Origin: Isurus oxyrinchus
Taxonomy: Eukaryota
NCBI GenBank assembly: GCA_026770705.1
Contig: JANJGN010000132.1
Location: 124,001-188,000 of the forward strand
Length of the DNA stretch: 64,000 bases
Reading direction: 5' to 3'
Shown: positions 1 to 12,299 of the stretch, piece after piece
How positions within the stretch are numbered: position 1 is the first letter of the stretch
How the letters are laid out: each line of letters begins with the position of its first letter
Notes under the pieces: generated by a model
The model's database searches: none
Seen by the model: only the letters and a program-made list of their open reading frames with translations
Told to the model about the DNA's origin: nothing
Translations under genes and position numbers: made by a program

Positions 1-1975
1 TCCATTTTCACACATTAAACTCCATCTGCCAGATCTTTGCTCACTCACTTATCCTATCTGTTTGTAGCCTCCTTATGTCCTCTTCACAACTTACTTTCCT
101 ACCTATTTTTGTGTCATCAGAAAATTTGGAATCCATCCCTTCATCCACATCATTTATATGAATTGTAAACAGCTGAGATCCCAGCACTGATCCCTGTGGC
201 ACACCACTCATTACATCTTGCCAACCTGAGAAAGATCCATTTATGCCTACTCTCTGCTTCCTGTTAGCCAGCCAATCTTCTATCCATGCCAATATGTTAC
301 CCTCTATACCATGAGCTTTTCCACACTAACCTTTTATGTGGCACCTTATCAACTACCTTCTGGAAATCTAAGTACAACACATCCATTGGTTCCCCTTTAC
401 CACAGCACATGTCACTGCCACAAAGAACACCAATTTAACCAATTTGGTTACACACAATTTCCCTTTCACAAAACCATGTTGACTCTGCCTGGTGACCTTG
501 CGCTTATCCAAGTGCCCTGTTATAACCTCTTTAATAACAACTTCTAACATTTTCCCTATGACAGATGTTAAGCTAACTGGCCTACAGTTTCCCGCTTTCT
601 GTTTCCTTCCCTTTTTGAATAAAGGAGTTACATTTGCTATCTTCCAATCTAATGGGACCTTCGCCAAATCTAGGGAGTTTTAGAAAATTAAAGCCAATGC
701 ATCAACTATTTGACTGGATGCTTCTTTTAAGACCCTAGGATGAAGTCCATCAGGACCTGGGCTCTTGTCAGCCCACAGCTCCAAAATTTACTCAGTACAA
801 CTTCTCTGGTGACTGTAATTTTCCTGACTTCCTTTCCCACTTCCATTACCTGCTTTATAGCTGCTTCTGGGATGTTACTTGTATCCTTTGTAGCGAAAAC
901 CGAGGCAAAATTTGCCCTCTCCTTGTTTTCCATCATCAATTCTCCAGATTCACTTTCTATAGAGCCAACTTTCACATTGTTAACTCTTTTCTTTTTAAAA
1001 TATTCATAAAAACTCTTATCTGCTTTTATATTTCTGGCTAGCTTTCTCTCACTCAATCCCCACTCCCATCTTATTAGTCTTTTAACTATTCTTTGCTGTC
1101 CCTTAGATTCTGTCCAATCTTCTGGCCTTCCACCTTCCTTTTCACAATTATCTGCTTTTTGTTTAAATTTGATGTTATCTTTAACCTTTCTAGTTAACCA
1201 CGGATGGTGTGTCCATCCCTTGGGCTTTTTCTTACTCGTTGGAATGTATCTATTCTGTGCATTCTGAAATACCCCTCAAATATTAGCCACTGCATCTCTA
1301 TTCACTTATCCCTTAACCTAATTTGCCAATTCATTTTTGCCAGCTCAGCTTTCATGTTCTCATAATTACCCTTATTTGTTTAAAAACATAGTCTCAGACC
1401 CACTCCGCTCCCCCTCAAACTGAATGTAAGATTCAATCACATTATGGTCGCTGCTACCTAGGGGCACCTTCACTACGAGATCATTAATTACTCCGATCTC
1501 ATTGCGCAATAACAGCTCCAGTATATCCTGCTCTCAGTTGGCTCGAGAACACTCTGTTCCAAGAAACTATCTCAAAAGCATTCAATGTACTCCTCATCTA
1601 GGCTATCCTTGCCCATTTGACTTTTCCAGTCTATATGTGAATTAAAATCTCCCATGATTATCACCATGCCTTTCTGTTAAGCTCCATTTATTTCTTCCTT
1701 TATGCTTAACCCTACCATGTGGTTACTGTTAAGGGGCCTGTACACAACTCCCACAAGTGACTCCTTGTCTTTACCATTTCTCATCTCTACCCAAACCGTT
1801 TCCACATCCTGGTTTCCTGAACGTAGGTCTTCCCTCTGTATTGTGCTAATACCATCATTAACTAACAGATCCACCCCTCCAAGTTTTCCTCACTTCCTGT
1901 ACTTCCTAAATATCCTGTGCCCATCAATATTCAGGTCCCAATCCATGTGTCCTGCAGCCATGTCTCCGTAATGGT
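1..1975 (-). mobile_element. CR1-clade LINE ORF2 relic (endonuclease/RT fragments, frameshifted)
   Basis: Minus-strand ORFs with CR1 motifs: VGVVYRP (1677-1874), DWKIANVTPLFKKG...RPVSLTSVIGK...QHGF (368-667), SGVPQGSVLG...FSDDTKIG (41-292). Confidence 0.9.
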
Positions 1976-2094
1976 TTTAAATTGTAATTATTTATTTCTT
2001 ATTGTCTATCTCTAACACACATTAGTTCCACTCAAAAGGCTCTCTCTCTCCCCTTTCTCCTCCATCTTCACCTCCAAACACAAGTGTGAGGAGC

Positions 2095-3100
2095 TCATGA
2101 AGCTTCTTTGTCACTAAGATTGAGATAATATAGTCAGCTGCCTCTGTTGCTTCCCTTCCTTCCACTACCCCACCGGGCCAAAGTACCTCTAAAAATCCCC
2201 CATGTCTGAGCCCTGAACTCATATCTTTCTTCAGTTTCTCTCCTATCTCCCCTCAGACCCTCTCAGTGCTTATCTTGCTCATGAGATCCATCTTTTGCTG
2301 TATTGACTCTATTCTCAATGAACTTCTGGTCACCCAACTTCCCCATGTTGGCTGATATTGTTAACGGTTCTCTCTCCTGGTACTGTTCCTCTCACCTTCA
2401 ATTCCACTGTCAACACCCATCCTAAAAAAATGATCTATCTTTGACCCCTCCTATTTCTCAGCTACGTGCTGCCACTAGGCGGCATCATCCAAAAGCACCA
2501 TGTTAGTTTTCATACGATGCACAGTAGCAGCAGTGTGCACCATCTACAAGATGCACTGCAGGAATTCACCAAGGCTCCTTCGACAGCATCTTCCAAACCC
2601 ACGGCCACTACCATCTAGAAAGACAAGGGTAGCAGATAGATAGGAACACAACCACCTGGAAGTTCACCTGCAAGTCACTCACCATCCTGACTTGGAAATA
2701 TATCACCATTTCTTCATTGCTGCTGGGTCAAAATCCTGGAACTGCCTCCCTAACAGCACTGTGGGTGTACCTACACCGCATGGACTGCAGTGGTTCAAGA
2801 AGGCAGATCACCACCACCTTCTCAAGGGCAATTAGGGATAGGCAAAAATTGCAGCCCAACCAACGAAGCCTACATCTGATGAATGAATCAAAAAAACATG
2901 TACACTGACAATGCCCAGCTCTACCTCGCCACCATGCCTCTATTCCTCCACTGTTGCTAAATTTTCAAACTGCTTATCCTACACCAGTACTGGATGAGCA
3001 GAAATTTCCTCCAATTAAAAATTGGGAAGACCAAAATCGTTGCCTTCAGTCACCACTGCAAATTCCGTTCTCTAACTACCGAGTCCATCCCTATCAGGTA
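2095..3100 (+). mobile_element. Degenerate L2-like LINE fragment, interrupted by a LINE 3' end at ~2520-2895
   Basis: Pyrimidine-rich L2-type sequence; paralogous to 10030-10645, where ORF 10394-10648 reads PLGDIIQKH..FH..D..QL.LS (L2 RT-like). Confidence 0.55.
2520..2895 (+). mobile_element. 3' end of an abundant shark LINE (ORF2 C-terminus SKSWNxLPNSTVGVPT...FKKA)
   Basis: Near-identical copies on the minus strand at ~35998-36333 and ~39565-39990; ends in a (gaat)n/A-rich tail. Confidence 0.7.
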
Positions 3101-4879
3101 ACATTGGGATACATTTTCCTTTGTTTGTCAAGCCAGAAATATCCTTATTGACTTCTTACAACAGGATTTCTGACTAACCTCACTATTTCTAAGCTACGAG
3201 CTTGTTTTCCTAATTTTTTGATGAGAAACCATAGATAATGTATTAAAGCTACTGGAACTATCAGAATCACAGACCCTTGAGCTGCCACCAAGAATAAACA
3301 TCAAAACCTTTCCACTAAAATGTGGTAACTATCAACTTAGATTCATCCTCCCCACCTGCTGATCATCTCACACAATCTAAATTATTAGCATGTGGTAAAT
3401 ACATCTGGTTCAAACAGAAGTTCATGCAGGGACTTTAAAGATTCTCCAGCTCTCTGCTCACCTGCATCCACCTTGTGGATATTTTCTAACTGAATCTGGA
3501 CCTTCTTCAACTTAATTTGTCATTTCTGACCCTCTTTAGAAATCCTATTGAGAATATAATCGTAATCCCGGTCACACTCTTCACCAATCCCCAGGATCTC
3601 TCTCACATCCAGCCCGCATGCTTTCTCTGTGAGACTATCTATCAGTCGCTCCCTGTAATGTGTCAATGCCATTGTATACTCCTGGCTTCACTTAGGAACT
3701 TCTCCATTCATGTTTAACCATGACTGTTGTGTCTCAAGTTTATGATCTCGATCACTGTGATCCCACTCCTAACACCACTTGTAAGATTTAGGTTCAGGAG
3801 TCACAGATTACTCAAAAAGAGGATCGAGCTCAGAAGAGATTTTAAAATAGTTTATTGAGAAGCAGCAGTTTAAATATGATGTGTAAGCTAACTAGATACG
3901 AAAAACACACGACCTGTGACAGGTGAGAATGGTTTACCGGTACCAGAGGACAAACGGATGGATGATACAGAGTGAGTGCTGGTCTCTGTAGCTGGTGGTG
4001 ACAGTCTCCTCTGAACAGCTTACTGGTGTGAGCCAGAGTGTGGGTGTTGGGCTGAAGCCAGTGTGGATCACGTCAATATCTCTGTGCTCTCGAGAGTCTG
4101 TTTTAACCTTGACACAGGCAGTTGGTTTACAGATGGGTTATGAGATCCAATTGTATCAGGGTTAGAAATGTCTTGTTTCAGGGTCTGTGCTAGAGACATC
4201 TCCTTGGCAGAGATAACAGGCCTGTCCTGTGTGTGTCAGCCAGCAAGCTGCTATGGACCTTGTTTCATAAGAGATAGACTGATCAATTCTTATAATATTC
4301 CATAAATTTCTGAAGATTTTATAAGGTTATTAGGCAGTGATTTCTTGTGGTCCGTTACTTGGATTGAACTTGTCTCCATTCCGATGCCGAGGGGATTTTT
4401 CTGTACCAGGCGAGAGGGTTACAATTTGAGAATTCTCGATTCTCCACCAATTTCTATTCCCCTTCTTTCTGATGGATAATGGAGATGTCGCTGTGAGTAA
4501 TGTACAAGTCAGTAAGAATTGGCAGCAAGGAATAATCAGCACTTGCTAATTGGAGATGTTAATCAGTGGAATCTCTCATTAAAATGAATTGAAGGATTCG
4601 TACCAAAGATCAATTTGAGATTGAAGTACAAGTTCAGAATCTTGTTGTAAACTAGTTTCTGATGCGAGTTCCTGAATTCTGGGGAAAGATCAGAGACAGC
4701 GGTTCTTAAAGGGACACTGCAGCCCCAAGAACACAATCACAACAGATCCAGAATATTAAACTCCAGCCCAGTTACATGGATTGTGAACATCAGCAGGAAC
4801 AAACCCCAACTGTCAGGATGAACATGGTTCAGTCCTGGATGTGATTAACAGCAGCAATCACAGCAAAATCCAACCCGTG

Positions 4880-6249
4880 CAGTCGCTTGTGAACTCGCTG
4901 GTGGGATGACTTAGTGAATCCCTTCCCACACTCGGAGCAGGTGAATGGCCTCTCCCCAGTGTGAATTCGTTGGTGTGTCAGTAGGTGAGATAACTGAGTG
5001 AATTTCTTCCCACAGTTAGAGCAGGTGAATGGTCTCTCGCCACTGTGAATTAGCTGGTGCTTCAGGAGATCAGAAGAACCAGTGAATCTTTTCCCACATT
5101 CAGGGCAAGTGAACAGCCTCTCTCCAGTGTCTCAACAGGTAGGCTGACTGAGTGAATCCCTTCCCACACTCAATGCAAGTAAATGGCCTTTCCCTAGTAT
5201 GAACTCGCTGGTGTACTTTGAGGTGGAAGCAATACCTGAATCTCTTTCCACAGGAAGTACAGCTGAACGGCCTCTCCTCAGTGTGAATTCGCTGGTGCTT
5301 CTGCAGCTCAGAGGACCCAGTGAATCCTTTCCCACATACAGGGCAGGTAAACGGCCTCTCCCCAGTGTGATGTCGCTGGTGTCTCAGCAGGTAGGCTGAC
5401 TGAGTGAATCCTTTCCCACACTCGGAGCAGGTGAATGGTCTCTTTCCAGTCTGAACTAGCTGATGTGTCAATAGGTGAGATAATTGAGTGAATCCCTTCC
5501 CACACTCAGAGCAGGTAAACGGCCTCTCTCCAGTGTGAAGTCGCTAGTGGACGGCGAGGTTGAACGAAGACTGGAATCTCTTTCCACAGGAAGTCCAACT
5601 GAACGGCCTCTCCTCAGTGTGAATTCGTTGGTGCTTCAGCATATCAGAGGATCCAGTGAATCCTTTCCCACACTCAGTGCAGGTGAATGGCCTCTCCCCA
5701 GTGTGAACCCGCTGATGTCTCAACAGGTAGGCTGACTGAATGAATCCCTTCCCACATTCAGAGCAAGTAAATGGTCTCTGCCCAGTTTGACTGCGTTGAT
5801 GAATTTCCAGTTGGGATGGGGAATTGAATTCTTTCCCACAGTCCCCACATTTCCACGGTTTCTCCATGGTGCCTGTGTGCCTGTGTCTCTCCAGGTTGGA
5901 TAACCAGCTGAAGCCTCATCCACACAGAGATCATGTGCAGTTTCTCCGCACTGTGAATGCTGTGATTTGTTTTTTCAGGCTAAAGCTCTTTCCACAGTCA
6001 ATTCACTGGAACACTTTCACTCGGGTGTGTGTGTGTGTCTCGGTGCTTTTCCAGTCGCTGCTGTTTGAAATCTTCTCCCACAGACAGAACAGACGAACAT
6101 TTCTCCTGACACATTCAAAGGCCGATGACACTCAAGTCCTCATGAATCGAATGACTCTGTCAGATTTTGATGTGATATTTGGTTTGAGTTTCCTGTCAGT
6201 AAATCCTCCCCTTCTAAATCTCAGTAAAATGAGTTTACAAAAGTCATTA
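4880..6249 (-). pseudogene. C2H2 zinc-finger gene, main exon (~12 fingers), disrupted
   Basis: ORFs 5544-5867 and 5100-5471 carry repeated [16 protein letters not shown] units. In-frame TAG at 5544-5546, frameshift near 5130, several Cys/His ligands lost. Candidate acceptor ttcttacag at ~6250. Confidence 0.88.
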
Positions 6250-6759
6250 CTGTAAGAACAGGATAGAAACTCAGAACAGATAATTCCAGTTCCTATGGAA
6301 CATTTTTTCCTCTCTTGTTCCCCCAAAGCCTCAAATCTCTGTCCTACACACACTCTCTCCTTCCTGTGCTGAAATCCAGTGAGAGTTTTGGACATCTCTT
6401 TCAGTATCTTTTTAACAAACTTGTACAACTAGAGGTGACAATATGTTTGATCATTCACTTCAGTTATTACTCGTGACAAAACATTAATCTGAAACCCCCC
6501 TGACCGACTAAACAGAATAGCAGACGTTAACCTTGTGTCCAAAACTCACAGTGTGGAGATTTCATGAATGATCATGAAGATGGTTTCTCCAAACCTCCCA
6601 AGGTTTCCTTCCTTCTTTCTCTCCCTCTCTAAGTTAAACCCAGAATCAGTCTCATAGTTCATTCCAGTTCCTGCTTCTCTTCCTGATGACTAATTAACTC
6701 CAATTAAAAACTGAGAAGGCTGAAGACACTGTTTTCAGTCCCTGCTCCAGTCTCCATTT

Positions 6760-7400
6760 CCCAGATACCAACTCCACCCCTCTCCCCGGGGAACAGTCTG
6801 AGATTAAACTAGTCTGTTCACAAACTCGGTGTTACACTTGATCTCGGGATAAGCTCCTGACCTCATATCTGTGCCATCACTAAGATCACCCGTTTCCACC
6901 TCCATAACATCACCCAACCTCACCCTGTCTCAGTGCATCTGCTGCTGACATCCTCATCCCTGCCATTGTTACCTCCAGACTCGACTATTCCAACACACTC
7001 CTGGCTGGTCTCCCACATTCTATGCTCCGTAAACTTGGCACCATTGCTGTTGGTGTCTTCGCTGGCAGTGAGGCCCATTGCCCTAACACCCTCTGCTTCC
7101 TGACCTGCCTTGGCTTCCGGTCAAGCAACAACTTGATTTTTAAATTCTCATCCTTGTTTTCAAATTCCTCCATGGCCTCGCCCATCCCTATCTTTGTCAT
7201 CTCCTCCAGCCTCACAATCCTCTGAGATATCTGCACTGCTCTAATTCTGGTCTTGTATATTCCTGATTTTAACCGCTCCACCATTAGTGTCGGTGCCTTC
7301 AGTTCCCTCGACCCCAAGCTCTGAAAATCTCTCCCTACATCTCTCCATCTTCTACCACAATTTTCCCCCTTTAAGACAATTGAGTATGGATTAAAAAGTA
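6760..7400 (+). mobile_element. L2-like LINE 3' fragment
   Basis: L2 ORF2 C-terminal-like text (gttacctccagactcgactattccaac..., gccttcagttccctcgaccccaagctctgaaaatctctccct). Confidence 0.6.
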
Positions 7401-7889
7401 GACATTCTGTCAAAACTTTTTAATCGTGTGCACATCAGGGAAGACGCAAGAACACCAAATTTCAGTCAGTCAGCCTCGTAATGTGGCTCACTTATCCTTG
7501 CTGGAAGCTGCAATATATTCATACACAAGGACCTGTCCTCTGCAAACAGAAGGAACATGTCCAAGCTTGGGGCCTTTGGTTGAATTAAACAAAAGCACAG
7601 GAGATGATCGCTCCTTGATGTATTCTCCATGGCAACGCCTTAACCAATCAGAGCTGACTGGCCAAACCAGTCATCACCCTTTCCTCGTGCAGCATCAATT
7701 GTTGTTCACTTTGACATTTGGCTTTCTTGCATCTGTCCGGATGAGTGCAACATGAAAACCTTCAACAGCATGTTCCTTTTTTAAGCAATAGTAAATTCTG
7801 TACTACTGAGTGACTTTGGGTTTATAATTCTATTGTTGTTGATCTAAAGGTCCCGGTGACCGCACATTTTATGAATGTCTCCCTCAGGC

Positions 7890-8700
7890 CATGTCACCTA
7901 ACGCAAAATGCGCACGCGCCCTATAGCACATTGCACCTCCCTCCCTGGGATGGTGGGCGCATGCGCATTGCTGCACTTGCCGCTATTAAGATGGTGGTCG
8001 CGCATGCGCCCATCATTACATTGCCCCTATAAAGATGGCGGCTGTAATCTGGGGCCTTTCTCTCGCAGCGCCGAGGGAACGCGGGACAGATGGCTCCTTA
8101 TTGAGGATTTTGGGCCGACACCGTGAGTTTATGAATCTTCCCAACTCACCCGCCAGCCATCTCTCTATTTACGGTTTTAATTTCGGCTCTGGATCCGCAC
8201 TCGTTCTTTCTAAACTCCGCATTTTAAATCCGTTCTTCGAGTTGTCTCCCCGTCTGCTGCCACGGACTGCGCATGCGCCAGCTCACAATGATTGACGGCA
8301 GCTCCAGGCCAATAGCAAGAAGGGACGCAGCTGACGAACGGTGCGGGTGAGGCTGGTCCTCCACCCAATCAGAGTGAATAGGGGGCGGAAATAAAAACAA
8401 AAAAACTACAGATGCTGGAAATCCAAAACAAAAACAGAATTACCTGGAAAAACTCAGCAGGTCTGGCAGCATCGGCGGAGAAGAAAAGAGTTGACGTTTC
8501 GAGTCCTCATGACCCTTCAACAGAACTAGTTTTTCTTGTTTTTGTTTTGAATAGGGGGCGGAGCCGGGTGAGTATGGAGCATGCGCAGTGACAGCGGGGG
8601 AACCGGAATGGAAAGTCCAGCCGGTGAGAAAGTGCCGAGTGCAGGAGCGGAATGGAGCCGCACTATGGACTGGGAGGGTTCACAACCACCCGGTGTAGGA
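7890..8700. promoter_or_regulatory. CpG-rich bidirectional promoter of the zinc-finger gene pair
   Basis: NRF1 palindromes GCGCATGCGC at 7957, 8000, 8269; YY1 AAGATGGCGGC at 8032-8042; CCAAT at 8309 and 8365; GC boxes at 8382 and 8555; splice donors on both strands (+ gtgagt at 8123 and 8568; - at 8149). Confidence 0.7.
8390..8547 (-). mobile_element. Short Penelope-like pLTR insertion with 15-bp TSD
   Basis: Matches the terminus of the PLE at 57383-57517; flanked by tgaatagggggcgga at 8375-8389 and 8548-8562. Confidence 0.85.
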
Positions 8701-8723
8701 CTCCAAACCCGGATTAGAAACTC

Positions 8724-8857
8724 TGCAGAAGAGTCATACGGACTCGAAACATTAACTCTGTCTTTCTCTGCACAGATGCTGTCAGACCTGCTGAGTTTTA
8801 CCAGCATTTTTTGTTTTTGTTTCAGATTTCCAGCATCCGCACTATTTTGCCTTTATC
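8724..8857 (+). mobile_element. Short Penelope-like pLTR (related subfamily) with 10-bp TSD
   Basis: ...gagtcatacggactcgaaac...gacctgctgagt...ttcagatttccagcatccgc; flanked by ttagaaactc at 8714-8723 and 8858-8867. Confidence 0.75.
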
Positions 8858-8899
8858 TTAGAAACTCCCGGAGCCGAGTTTACAGCGAGTGTTTGGAAA

Positions 8900-9910
8900 C
8901 TCCTTTTACAAGGGTTTAGAAGGGGAGGATTTACATTCAGCAAACTCAAACCAAGAGATCTGTTTGTCTCTTCTCAATTTCTATCCTGGACTGACCTGCT
9001 GAAACAGTGAATTCACACATTGGGAGAGGCTGTTCAATCACTCACAGTGTGGTAAGAGGTTCAGGACATCATTCCACCTGCTGAGATACCAGCGCATTCA
9101 CACTGACGAGAGACTTTTTTTAATGCTCAGAGTGTTATAAGTGATTTCAAAGGTGTGGGGAATTGATGTCTCATCAATGTGCCCACAATGACCAGAGACC
9201 ATTCAGATGTTCTCACTGTGGGACTGGGTGCAGGCAGTCAAGGGACCGTATTCGACAAGTGCAGTTACACTTGGGAGAGATAATTCACCTGCTCCAAGTG
9301 TGGAAAGATATTCACTCAGTTGCCCCATTTGCAGGCACACCAGCAAGATCACACTGATCAGGCCTGTTAAATGCCCAGATTGCTGGAACTGCTGTAAATG
9401 TTCCAGGGAACTGATGTCAAACGTGTTTGTACTGACAAAAGGCCATTAAGGTGGTCTCACTGCGGGTCTGGGTTCAGGCAATCATCTGACCTCACTGTAC
9501 ACCAGTGAATTCACAGTGGGGAGAGGCTGTTCTCATGCTCCAAGTGTGGGAACGGATTTTGTTGTTCACTACATTGCAGAGACACCAACCAGTTCACAAA
9601 TATAAAGGCAAAATGCTGCAGATGCTGGAAATCTCAAGTAAAAACAAAACGTGGAAAGATTCAACAGGTCTGGCAGCAGCTGTGAACAGAGAAACAAAGT
9701 TAAACGTTTCGAGTCTGTATGGACTCGTCTTCAGAAAAGTTACATGGACTCAGAACATTAACTCAAGTTGACAAGTAACTGCAGTGATTGGATTTTGCTG
9801 TTAATCACATTTTGGACTGAACCATGTTCAATGGTCTGTTTCTGCTGATGTTAATAAACTCCATCTCAGTTATAGGGGTTAAAATATTGGATAAAAGTCA
9901 AATAAATCAG
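8900..9910 (+). pseudogene. Heavily decayed C2H2 zinc-finger gene with 3' UTR
   Basis: Broken HT(G/D)ERPFxCSxCG units at 9010-9600; 9770-9900 is an inverted paralog of the left ZNF 3' UTR (~4740-4890); AATAAA at 9901. Confidence 0.75.
9603..9765. mobile_element. Penelope-like pLTR with a short inverted second copy
   Basis: Minus copy ~9603-9735 followed by a plus fragment; imperfect flanking repeat agttcacaa/agttgacaa. Confidence 0.6.
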
Positions 9911-11504
9911 CTTTGTGCAAAACACAATGTGTGTCGACTCTTGTTCATTTCTCTACAGAAGTTAGTTCCTTTTAAAATGCTCACCCTCTCCCTTGTCTGT
10001 TCTGTTCTCATGTCCAACAGCAAGCATAAGGAACTCATGGAGCTTCTTTGTCACTAAGATTAAGTCAATCCGATCAGCTGCTTTGCTCCCTTCCACTAGC
10101 CCGCCATGTCAACTGTCTCTAAAGATCCCCCATGTCTGTGCTCTGAACTCAGATCTTTCTCCAGTTTCCTATTTCCCTTCACAGCCTCCCTGTGCTCATC
10201 TTGCCCATGAGACTTGCCTTCTGCTCCAGTCAGCCTATTTCCACTAAACTGTTGACCATTCAACTTCGGCATGTTGGTTGATATTGTTCATTTTTTTCTC
10301 TCTTCTAGTACTGTTCCTCACACCTTTAAATCCACTGTCATCATCCATCCTAAAAACAGGATCTATACTTGATCCCTCCTATTTCTTATCGACATGCTAC
10401 CACTAGGCGACATCATCCAAAAGCACTGTATTAATTTTCACATGGAAACTGACAATGCTCAGCTCAACCTCAGCACTATCCCTCTCCATTCCTCCACTGT
10501 TCCTAAATTATCAAGCTGCTTATTCCACATCAAGTGCTGGATGAGTAGAAACTTGCTCCTTTTAAGAACTGCGAAAATCAAAACCATTGTCTCCACTCAC
10601 CAGTACAAGTTCAATTTCTTAACTCCTGAGCCCATCCCTATGAGGTAACATTGGGATGTGTTGCCCTATGTTTGTCAAGCCAGGAATCTTCGTTCCTAAC
10701 TGAGAGAGAGGGGGAGGAAGAGCCATTCCTATAATATTCAATACATTTCTGAAGATTTTATAAGGTTATTAGATAGTGATTTCTTACAGATCGCCCCACC
10801 TTGAGAAGGGAATATTCTTATTGACTTCTCACAACTGATTTTTGGCTCAGCTCACTACTTCTAAGCTACCAGCTTGTTTTCCTAATTTTTTGATGGCAAA
10901 CCGTGGATAACATACTAAAGCTACTAGAATTATCAGAATCAGCAACACAAACCCTTGAGCTGCCACCTTCCGATCATCTCTCACAATTCTAAATTATTGG
11001 CATGTTGTAAATACATCTGGGTCAAACAAAAGTTCATGCATGAACTTTAAAGATTCTCCAACTCTCTGTTCACCTGCATCCACCTTGTGGATATTTTCTA
11101 AATCCAGATTCTATTCCCCTCTTCACTTTAATTTTACTCCTTCTGAAAGGTACCAGCGTGTTTAATTCTACCCTGATAGTTTGAAAGTCAGTTTATCTAA
11201 GGAGTGTGTGTCAATGTCTTGATGATTTAAAATGTTGTCTCATTCAATTTTCCACAATAATCACTTCATGTTGTTCTTATGTTAAGTAGCTGAGTATGTC
11301 TGGGACCTGTTCTTTAGTGCAGGGTCACCATGCATTTCCACATGGCGACCTGGGAGGGATGGATCTGGCGGCTGGGTTAGATAGAGAGTGTGGGGATGGC
11401 AGATTCAGTCATGGAATTCAAAGGGGAATTGGACCAAAAGCTGCAGCATGTCCAGGGAAAAGGCGGGGGAGAGGGACCTGGTGAGTTAGTTCCAGAAGAG
11501 TAAG

Positions 11505-11760
11505 ACGAGGATGAGGAGATTTTTTTTTCAGAGGGTCGTTAGCCTGAGGAAAGTAGTGGAGGCTGGGTCACTGAATTTATTCAAGGCTGATTTAGACAGA
11601 TTTTTGATGGTCAAGGGAGTCAAGGGTTATGGGGGGTTGTGAGGGCGTTGGGTGGGGGGACAGACAGACAGACAGGAAAGTGGAGTTGAGACCACAATCA
11701 GATCAGCCTTGATCTTATTGAGTGGTGGAGCAGGGTCAAAGGGCTGAATGGGCTATGTTC
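11505..11760 (+). mobile_element. CR1 LINE 3' end
   Basis: CR1 terminal text (tttcagagggtcg...ttcaaggctgatttagacagattttt...gggctgaatggg). Confidence 0.65.
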
Positions 11761-11921
11761 CTCTGACCCGGCTGAATGGTCTCTATATGTTGTTTTTGGG
11801 TCTGATTTGATGGTACTGTGAGGGGCTCGAAAGACAAAATGGTCTATTCCTGTTGCTATTTGTTATGTTCTAATTCAGTACCGTTACCTATCAAGGCAAT
11901 GGTTATTTTCATATTGCCAGC

Positions 11922-12003
11922 AGTAGCGTATGCAAATGGTCTCAGGCTCTGGATTTAAGAAGCAGTTCCTATTAAGTTTTCGATTTTAATCACACCATTG
12001 CCA
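11922..12003 (+). pseudogene. Highly degenerate tRNA-Leu relic
   Basis: Residual ...tggtctcaggctctggatttaag... and caccattgcca end. Confidence 0.4.
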
Positions 12004-12217
12004 AAGTTCAGTTGGTTTGTCTTTCAGACGTTTCATCAAATCCCTTAGAATAGGCTCGGGGGATTTGACACATGATGTAGTTCTTCTTGGTAGGTAGAAC
12101 AGGGGAGGCTATAGGAATTGCAGGGTGACTGGGAATAGGTGGGGATGAATGCCCTCATTCTCTGCTGTAACCATTCCAGGATTTTACAGGAACAACAATG
12201 GCGCTAGAATAAGGCCT

Positions 12218-12299
12218 GCAGCCGTGACTGAGTGGTTAAAGGGATGGGTTTAAAATCCACTGGGGCCTCCCCACGTGGGTTAGAGTCCTGCTGACTGTA
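12218..12299 (+). pseudogene. tRNA-Ser pseudogene
   Basis: 82-nt match to the Ser-TGA body with many substitutions and a broken B box. Confidence 0.7.
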
